Assembly: GCA_963701205.1 (NCBI GenBank)
Contig: OY969575.1
Span: 975,932 to 1,039,931 of the forward strand
From: an uncultured bacterium
GTDB taxonomy: Bacteria > Actinomycetota > Thermoleophilia > Solirubrobacterales > 70-9
Length of the DNA stretch: 64,000 nucleotides
Reading direction: 5' to 3'
Shown: positions 1-6,869 of the stretch, piece after piece
How positions within the stretch are numbered: position 1 is the stretch's first letter
Layout of the letters: each line of letters starts with the position of its first letter
Notes under the pieces: generated by a model
The model's database searches: none
Told to the model about the DNA's origin: nothing
Seen by the model: only the letters and a program-made list of their open reading frames with translations
Made by a program: the position numbers and the translations under genes

Positions 1-11
1 GCACGGAGGAT

Positions 12-2135
12 TCAGTCGGCGCTGAGCGCGGTGGCACCAACGAGCTTCGCTTCGAGAGCCCCTGGGTACAGGGGCTCTCCGAACAGGTAGCCCTGCGCGA
101 ACTCGCAGCCGATGGCGTCAAGAATTGACGCTTGCCCGGTGGTCTCGACGCCCTCAGCGATCACCGACAAGCCCAAGTGGTGCGCCAGGTCGACGATTGC
201 ACGAACGATCTGCTGGCTGGCCGTGTCGGACTCGATCTTGGCGACAAACGAGCGATCGATCTTGATTCCTTCACCGGAAAACCGGTGAAGGAAGGTGAGC
301 GACGCGTAGCCGGCGCCGAAATCATCCAGCTGGGCCTTGACATCGAGCTCCCCCAATCGCGCCAGTCCGGCGACCATCTGGTCTGGCGCGTCGATGACCG
401 TGCTCTCGGTCATCTCGATTCGCAACGCTCCACCCGGAACGCCGTGCCGCCCTAGAGCATCCTTGACCGAATCGACGAACTCTGAACCCGCGAATTGATG
501 TCCCGAGACGTTGACACTCATCGTCGTCTCAGAACTCACCACCCCGCGCAGCCGCCAATCAGCCAGTTGGGCGCAGGCCCGATCGAGTACAAACAGTCCA
601 AGGCGCCTGATCAACCCCGTGTCCTCGGCGACCGAGATGAACTCGGACGGGGAAACAGCCGGCCGTTCGCTCGGCCATCTGGCGAGCGCCTCAAACCCCG
701 TGATCTTGCGACTCGCGAGCTCGACGATCGGCTGGTACGCGACATCCAGGCTTCCGGCCTCCAAAATCTGCCGCAGATCCGTCTCGACCTGGTGGCGCGC
801 GACGACCCGCCTGTGCATGCTCGCGTCAAACACGGCAATCGCGGAATCGGGATTCTGTTTCGCGTAGTACATCGCGATATCAGCGTCCCGCATCAACTCG
901 TCCGCCTGGGCGCTGGCGGCGCTAATCGCGATTCCTGTGCTGACGGAGATCCCGATCTCCTTGCCCGAGACCGAAAACGGCCTCGCAAGTGTGGTGTGCA
1001 TTCGCTCGGCGATTGCGATCGCGGCTCGGTCCGACTTTACCCCCTCGAGCAGGAGAACGAATTCATCGCCTCCCAATCGTGCGACCGTGTCGCCGGGCCG
1101 CGATTCGGTGTCAAGGCGCCCGGCTATCGAGATCAAGAGCTCGTCGCCAACCGCGTGGGAATAGCTGTCGTTGATCAGCTTGAATCGATCGACGTCGACA
1201 AACAGGATCGACAGACCGCCGCCTGAGCGCTTGGCGCGGCCGAGGCCGTGATCAAGCCGGTCGAGGAACAGCGTGCGGTTCGGCAGGCCTGTCAGCGAGT
1301 CGTGAAGCGCGCCGTGGCGAAGTTGCTCCTCGGCCACCTTCCGGGCGTTGATGTCGGACATGCTGCCGGCCATCCGAGTGGGAACACCATCCTCGCCGCG
1401 GACTGCCAAGCCGCGGCTCAGGACCCAGCGATACTCGCCGTCCGCGTGCCGCATCCGATGCTCGCTTTGAAAATGCGTGGTGTGGCCGTTTAGATGTCCA
1501 TCAACCAGGGCCATGACCGAATCGAGGTCGTCGGGATGAACTCGCTCAAGCCAAACCGTCGCGCCGTCTTCGAGGTCCAGGTCGTCGCAACCCAGGATTT
1601 CCTTCCAGCGCGGCGCGAGATACGTCTTGTCCGCGACGATATCCCAATCCCAGACGCCGTCGTTAGCCCCTTCAACGGCCAGCGCAAACCGACTGCGGCT
1701 TTCGCGGAGGGCCGCCAGTGCCTCGCTGTGGCTGATGGCATATCGGATCGAGCGCTCAAGCAGCGCCGGGTCCAGCTTGTCCTTGGCGATGAAGTCGGCC
1801 ACGCCGAGGTCGGCGGCCTCCAGGTCGATGCCGCGGCCGTTGACGTGCCCCGTAAGCATGATTATGGGCGCCAGGTTCTCGTCCCCAAACGCCTGGCGAA
1901 TCAGGCTCAAACCGGTGCTTGGCCCGAGTCGGTAGTCCACGAGATAGACGTCGTGGCGGCGTTCTGCGATAGCCGTGCGGGCGTCTTCGTAGGTGGAGGC
2001 CCATTCAACTTCAAAAGGTGTGCGCTCCTGGGCTGAGAGCAGGTCGCGAACGATCAGGTAATCGTCTTCATCGTCCTCGACAAGAAGGACCCGAACGACG
2101 GCCGCTTCGGATTCCAACACGCTATTTCCCGTCAT
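12..2135 (-). CDS. REC-PAS-GGDEF-EAL signalling protein (diguanylate cyclase/phosphodiesterase with N-terminal receiver)
   Basis: ORF 12..2147. Receiver (VLLVEDDEDDY...), PAS, GGDEF (RLGGDEFVLLL with RPGD I-site five residues upstream), EAL motifs (FEALARW, DDFGAGYASL, EGVET, QGYLF). Start uncertain: ATG 2135 (MTGNS), ATG 2147 or GTG 2120. Confidence 0.85.
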   Translation of the reverse strand: MTGNSVLESEAAVVRVLLVEDDEDDYLIVRDLLSAQERTPFEVEWASTYEDARTAIAERRHDVYLVDYRLGPSTGLSLIRQAFGDENLAPIIMLTGHVNGRGIDLEAADLGVADFIAKDKLDPALLERSIRYAISHSEALAALRESRSRFALAVEGANDGVWDWDIVADKTYLAPRWKEILGCDDLDLEDGATVWLERVHPDDLDSVMALVDGHLNGHTTHFQSEHRMRHADGEYRWVLSRGLAVRGEDGVPTRMAGSMSDINARKVAEEQLRHGALHDSLTGLPNRTLFLDRLDHGLGRAKRSGGGLSILFVDVDRFKLINDSYSHAVGDELLISIAGRLDTESRPGDTVARLGGDEFVLLLEGVKSDRAAIAIAERMHTTLARPFSVSGKEIGISVSTGIAISAASAQADELMRDADIAMYYAKQNPDSAIAVFDASMHRRVVARHQVETDLRQILEAGSLDVAYQPIVELASRKITGFEALARWPSERPAVSPSEFISVAEDTGLIRRLGLFVLDRACAQLADWRLRGVVSSETTMSVNVSGHQFAGSEFVDSVKDALGRHGVPGGALRIEMTESTVIDAPDQMVAGLARLGELDVKAQLDDFGAGYASLTFLHRFSGEGIKIDRSFVAKIESDTASQQIVRAIVDLAHHLGLSVIAEGVETTGQASILDAIGCEFAQGYLFGEPLYPGALEAKLVGATALSAD

Positions 2136-2559
2136 TCGGCAGATCAACTATCTCGAACCAATAGCGCGACCAGGTCCGCATCACGTCGACCAGTGCGGCG
2201 AAGCTGACCGGCTTGGTGATGAACGAGTTCACGCCCAGCCCGTAGCTCGCGACGACGTCCTCCTCGTCCTTGGACGTCGTCAGGATGATCACTGGGATAT
2301 GGCACAATGCGTCGTCCGATTTGATCTCGGCAAGCGCCTCGCGGCCGTCCATCCGCGGCATATTGAGGTCGAGCAAGATGATGCCGGGGCGTGGAGCGTC
2401 TGCGTCCGGCCCGGCGTACTTTCCTTCCCGGCGCAAATAGTCCAAAAGCTCTTGCCCATCCTCGACGCAGCGCACCTCGTTGACCACGTGGGCGTGAGCT
2501 AGCGCGTCCCGAGTCAACTCCTGGTCGTCGGGGTCATCATCAGCCATGAGGATCGTCAT
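2122..2559 (-). CDS. single-domain response regulator (CheY/Rcp-like receiver)
   Basis: ORF 2122..2631. Receiver signature begins at internal ATG 2559 (MTILMADDDPDD...ILLDLNMPRMDG...ILTTS...KP). That start lies 13 nt after the kinase stop. Confidence 0.85.
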   Translation of the reverse strand: MTILMADDDPDDQELTRDALAHAHVVNEVRCVEDGQELLDYLRREGKYAGPDADAPRPGIILLDLNMPRMDGREALAEIKSDDALCHIPVIILTTSKDEEDVVASYGLGVNSFITKPVSFAALVDVMRTWSRYWFEIVDLPNDGK

Positions 2560-2572
2560 TGGTTGGTGATCT

Positions 2573-4351
2573 TCAGGCTGCAGCACCCGCCAACTCCGTA
2601 ATTGATTGGGAAGGCTCTGTGCCGACGCCATTCGCCCCGTTAAGGCCAGCCTGGACTACAGGCAGCTCCACAGTAAACGTTGCACCGTCGCCGAGCCTGC
2701 CCTCGGCGACGATGCCACCGCCGTGCCGCTCCGCAATCTTGCGGCATAAAGCCAGGCCAATACCCGTTCCGCGGTATGCCGAGCGGCCATGCAGGCGTTC
2801 GAATACTCGGAAGATCCTGCCCGCGTAACGCGGATCGAATCCGATTCCGTCGTCTGCGACGACCACCCGTGCGATCCCGTCTTGGATCTCGCCGTGGACC
2901 TGAACACGCGGTGGATCGCCGTCGCGGTGAAATTTGACCGCATTGGAGATCAGGTTCTGTGCAAGTTGACGCATCTGCAACGGATCGGCCGCAACCACCG
3001 GGAGCGTGCCGATTTCGATCTTGGCTCCCGACTCGGCAACTGAGACTTCGAGATCGGCAACCGCAGCGTGAAACACCTCGCCCAGATCCACCCTGCTGAA
3101 TGGGTTTCCCCGTGTCGTGACGCGAGAGAATTCGAGCAAATCGCGGATCAGTGTTTCCATGCGTTCCGCGGCCGCAATCATGCGATTGATGTAGTCCTCG
3201 CCCCGGGCGGAGAGCTGCGCAGCTTCGACCTCCTGCAGCCGCCGCGAAAACATTTGGACCTTGCGCAGCGGCTCACTCAGGTCGTGAGAGGCGATCGACG
3301 CGAACTGCTCAAGCTCCTCGTTGCTGCGCTTCAGCTCCTTCGCGCGGGCCTCAAGCTGTTGGTTGGTGTCGCCTAGCTGGTCATTGACCCTGCGCAGATC
3401 GGCGGCGCCAGCGATGGTTCGCCGTAGCAACGCCAGTGCTGCTACAGCCGCCATTGCGAACGCCCCGAAAATCAGCCAAGGCACCCACTTGTTGGTTCCG
3501 GTGACGGCGGCCAGCAGTTCACTCGTTGGCGCCGTCGCGACCACCCGCCAACCAGTCCCCTCGATCGGGACCGACGCGAAGTGCCGATCACCGCCATAGC
3601 CCCCCTCGTTCTCGGTCAACGCGCCCGAAAGTAGATCCGGCTCGGTGATGGGCTGCCCGGCTGGCGACCTTGAAGCAGTTGAGGCGATCACATAGCCAGT
3701 GTCGTCAATGATGTAGGCATCGCCCCCTTCCAGCTGGCGGGTCTGTTCCAGGTACCCACCCAAGAACTCGGTTAGGACCTTGGAGTCGACGCCGGAGGCG
3801 ATCACCCGGCGAGTTCCGTCGGCGGCGGCGAAGGCCTGCGCAAATTCGACGACACGCCCATCGCCGGACTCCGCGTTCCAGCCCGATAGCCCGAAGCCCG
3901 ATTGACCAAGTGCAGCAGAAACGAATTCGGGGACCTCGCCGATAGCGGCGATGGCACTTGCCGGAGCATTCTTCGAGCTGGCCAGGATCCTGCCGCCATC
4001 GTCCACCAGGACGGCATACGGCGCTTGGCCGCCGCCTCGACGAATCCAGACGTCGAGACGGCGCCGCGAGACGTCATCGCCACCCAGTTGACGGGTCAGT
4101 TCCGCGGCGGAGGCGGCGGATGAGCTCGAGAACAGGGCCTGGGTCAGGGCCGCGTTGTTGACCGCGCTGTCAGTAAAGCGGTCGATCAGATCGGCGCGTG
4201 AACTGGCCTGCGAAGAACGCAACTGCAGTCCGAACACCACCAGCAAGACAACAAGGATCGCTGAGACAGGGACCGAGGATCCCGAACGTCGTTCCCTAAG
4301 GCTGGTTAGCACGTGATCCTCCGCCTCTCTCGCGGCCAATTCACGAGGCAA
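2573..4351 (-). CDS. sensor histidine kinase with extracytoplasmic Cache-like domain
   Basis: 592-aa ORF. N-terminal TM, periplasmic Cache-like repeats (YAVLVDDGGRILASS, DAYIIDDTGYVIAST), second TM, coiled coil, H-box SHDLSEPLRKV, HATPase_c N/G boxes (NLISNAVKF, DDGIGFD, GTGIGLALC). Confidence 0.85.
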   Translation of the reverse strand: MPRELAAREAEDHVLTSLRERRSGSSVPVSAILVVLLVVFGLQLRSSQASSRADLIDRFTDSAVNNAALTQALFSSSSAASAAELTRQLGGDDVSRRRLDVWIRRGGGQAPYAVLVDDGGRILASSKNAPASAIAAIGEVPEFVSAALGQSGFGLSGWNAESGDGRVVEFAQAFAAADGTRRVIASGVDSKVLTEFLGGYLEQTRQLEGGDAYIIDDTGYVIASTASRSPAGQPITEPDLLSGALTENEGGYGGDRHFASVPIEGTGWRVVATAPTSELLAAVTGTNKWVPWLIFGAFAMAAVAALALLRRTIAGAADLRRVNDQLGDTNQQLEARAKELKRSNEELEQFASIASHDLSEPLRKVQMFSRRLQEVEAAQLSARGEDYINRMIAAAERMETLIRDLLEFSRVTTRGNPFSRVDLGEVFHAAVADLEVSVAESGAKIEIGTLPVVAADPLQMRQLAQNLISNAVKFHRDGDPPRVQVHGEIQDGIARVVVADDGIGFDPRYAGRIFRVFERLHGRSAYRGTGIGLALCRKIAERHGGGIVAEGRLGDGATFTVELPVVQAGLNGANGVGTEPSQSITELAGAAA

Positions 4352-4405
4352 TCCGTTGCCTCGATGCTCTATCGGCGAAGAACGCCGATTTCATTAATTT
4401 TGCGC

Positions 4406-4780
4406 TCAGTTCGTCCTGAAACCGGAACAGAGGATTCGCATCCAATCGATCCGGCCGTCGCTCTCGGTGAAGTAGGCGTGTTGTTCGACAACGAAGTCGC
4501 CGTCCTCGTTGTGGCCCCTGAATTTGTAGGCGAGGTACTGACGATCGGCGAACACGCCAGTCTTCACCTCCAACACCTCTTCGATTACGTCCGATTCACC
4601 AAGCCACGTGCGCAGCACGTCGGAGATGAGATCGGCCGAGCTCGTCGCTTGCCAGGATCGCCGGGGGGTGAGTCCGCGAAAGTCGATGTCCTCCGCCACC
4701 AACGTGCCAACGAGGTCAAAGTCTTTGCACGCCATGGCCTGGGCAAACTGCGGTCCAAGGACGGATTCCGCAGCATGCAT
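4406..4780 (-). CDS. small NTF2/SnoaL-like fold protein (hypothetical)
   Basis: 124-aa ORF packed between the cyclase (14-nt gap) and the kinase (54-nt gap). Size and pattern resemble SnoaL/NTF2-like proteins. No catalytic motif recognised. Confidence 0.45.
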   Translation of the reverse strand: MHAAESVLGPQFAQAMACKDFDLVGTLVAEDIDFRGLTPRRSWQATSSADLISDVLRTWLGESDVIEEVLEVKTGVFADRQYLAYKFRGHNEDGDFVVEQHAYFTESDGRIDWMRILCSGFRTN

Positions 4781-4794
4781 GGAGCCAATCTAGC

Positions 4795-6381
4795 TCACCC
4801 GGCGTCGCCCTTCCGGTCGCGCCGGACGACACCATAGAGCGGGACCTTCTCAGTCTTGCCCTTGAGCGCGGCCCCTTCGCGCTCCTCCAGGGCAAGGGCG
4901 TCAGATAGGAGCGCCTTGGTGGGTCCCGCGACCAAAATCGAGTCGCCCGTTTCGCGGGTTGCGGACTCGACTCGCGCGGCGACGTTGACCGCGTCCCCGA
5001 TAACGCCAAACTCCAGCCGCCCGGCACCACCGACGTTGCCCGCAACGACGGGCCCGGAGTTGAGCCCAATGCCAACAGGAAGTTCATCCACGCCTTCGCG
5101 GGCCAGAACCGCGACAATCTCGAGCGCTGCCGACAGGGCGCTGTCGGCGTGATTGCGCTGGCGCCGCGGGGCGCCAAAGACAGCCATCAGGCCATCACCG
5201 ATGAACTTGTCAACACGACCGCCATGCGTGTGGATGATCGGGACGATCCGCTCGAACAGGCGATTGATCGCTGCGACGACTTCAGCCGGCCCCGTGCGCT
5301 CGGCGAATCCGGTGAAGTCGCGAACGTCAACGAACATGATCGTCACCTCCACCTGTTCGCCGGCCAGATTGATCCCCTCTTCCAGGATGTGTGCTGCGAC
5401 CTCCGGATCCACATAGGCGCCGAACGTCTCGCGAATTCGCTCGCGCTCGGCGAGCCCGGCGGCCATTGCGTTGAAGCCGAGCTGCAGTTGCCCGATCTGG
5501 CTGCCGTCATAAACGGGAACATGAACATCGAACTCGCCACGCTCGACGCTCGTCAGGCCCTTGCGAACCGAACGGATCGGGTCCGCAGTGGCGCGGGCGG
5601 CGAGCACGACGGCCAGCAGGCCGATCAGGATTCCGACTCCCGCCAGGACCACCATCGCGACGGCGATCTCGATGCGCGATGCATCGTCGCCGGCCAACAC
5701 CAGAATCCCGACCGCGAGGATTCCCAGAACCGGCAGACCGGTACCCAGGACCCACGCCAACACGGATCGCGTCACCACGCCGGGCACGGCGACGCGCGTT
5801 GGCATTCCATCGGCAAGGGCCCGCGCGGCGGCAGGGCGCATGATCCGCTCAGTGATCAGGTAGGCACACGCCGCCGTCACCACCCCGGTAACGGTGACGA
5901 TGATGACGACCCTGATTGCGAGGTTGCCGGAGTACGTCAGGTTCAAGAGGCCGAAGACCCCGGCAGCCACCAACCACAGGCCAGCCTGTAGCACGAAGAG
6001 GCGGAGCGGAGCATGGAGCACCAGTGTCTTCTCCTTGACGGTGGCGGGGCGCTCCTCGTCAAGCCAGCGCCTCAACTTGAACATCCCGCGAAACCCAATC
6101 GCAATCCCAAGCGGCACCGCGGCAAGAAAGTAGACGACTGCAGCGATGGCGTTGACAACCCGAATATGAGCCTGATCGGGCAGATCGGGCACGGGTACCA
6201 CGAAAATCGCCAGGACCAGGACCGCGATCAAGCCGGCAAGGTTCGCTGTGACGATCGCGACCGTTAGCCCGAATCGGGTGAAACGCAACAGCGAGCGCCC
6301 GGACATGCCGCTCTCGCCAGGGTTGGTGAACTCGGAGTACGCGGCGCGAGCGTCAATGATCAGGTCTGGTACCAGCTTCAC
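4795..6381 (-). CDS. membrane-bound class III adenylate/guanylate cyclase with HAMP domain
   Basis: 528-aa ORF, GTG start. About 6 TM segments, a HAMP-like linker, and cyclase motifs FVDVRDFTGF, KFIGDGLMAVFG, IGLNSGPVVAGNVG, GDAVNVAARVES. Confidence 0.85.
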   Translation of the reverse strand: MKLVPDLIIDARAAYSEFTNPGESGMSGRSLLRFTRFGLTVAIVTANLAGLIAVLVLAIFVVPVPDLPDQAHIRVVNAIAAVVYFLAAVPLGIAIGFRGMFKLRRWLDEERPATVKEKTLVLHAPLRLFVLQAGLWLVAAGVFGLLNLTYSGNLAIRVVIIVTVTGVVTAACAYLITERIMRPAAARALADGMPTRVAVPGVVTRSVLAWVLGTGLPVLGILAVGILVLAGDDASRIEIAVAMVVLAGVGILIGLLAVVLAARATADPIRSVRKGLTSVERGEFDVHVPVYDGSQIGQLQLGFNAMAAGLAERERIRETFGAYVDPEVAAHILEEGINLAGEQVEVTIMFVDVRDFTGFAERTGPAEVVAAINRLFERIVPIIHTHGGRVDKFIGDGLMAVFGAPRRQRNHADSALSAALEIVAVLAREGVDELPVGIGLNSGPVVAGNVGGAGRLEFGVIGDAVNVAARVESATRETGDSILVAGPTKALLSDALALEEREGAALKGKTEKVPLYGVVRRDRKGDAG

Positions 6382-6451
6382 CGCAGCGACCCTACCCGGC
6401 GCAGACTCCGGGTTGTTCAGTATGGGAGAGCAGGCGGGCTAGCCGTTCATC

Positions 6452-6497
6452 CTCTCCGGGGGGACGCGCGGCGCCGGCTCTCCGGGGTGCGCCCCGG
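6452..6497. repeat. perfect 10-nt direct repeat CTCTCCGGGG (6452-6461 and 6478-6487); second copy lies within hairpin CCGGGG-TGCG-CCCCGG (6482-6497)
   Basis: Read directly from the sequence in the long non-coding spacer between the divergent cyclase and acylase genes. Function unknown. Confidence 0.6.
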
Positions 6498-6777
6498 TCG
6501 CGCGGGCCCGAGCGCGGCAGGCAACTCAGGGGCTCGACGGTCACGGCGACCGCACCCCGCACGGTAGGGGCCGGGTCGGACCGAACCCGAGCAAAGAAAT
6601 AGCGGCCCGGTGGTGACTCAGCTCTGCCTGCCTCGCACGTAGCCTTCATGCGATTAAGCTTTGCGAGTCTCCTTCGAGAGTGTCGTCCCTTGGCTTAGCG
6701 ACTACTTCTCTCTCCCGGACCGCTGTTGGATCAACCTAAGCTCGCGTCATCAGGATGTCAAGGGGTCGCGGAGTCGG

Positions 6778-6798
6778 GTTTCCGCAAATTACGGAAAC
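6778..6798. promoter_or_regulatory. operator-like palindrome GTTTCCG-N7-CGGAAAC
   Basis: Perfect 7-bp inverted repeat with an AT-rich 7-nt spacer (CAAATTA), about 70 nt upstream of the acylase start, in the lower-GC half of the spacer. Confidence 0.3.
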
Positions 6799-6869
6799 TT
6801 GGACCCTGAATTCGCCCTCGAAGCGATCGTACGGCGCGGTTGGCCACGTGTCAGCGTAGGCTGCCGTCG

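Noticed and set aside
6440-6640. Calling the GC-rich part of the spacer a ydaO/c-di-AMP riboswitch
   Set aside because: Several short patches occur in the right order. However, the two AAUC-type motifs and the highly conserved 3' ACAGCUAACCUCGUAAGCG block are not present in recognisable form, and G-runs are frequent in this GC-rich DNA. Kept only as a hypothesis to test with cmscan.
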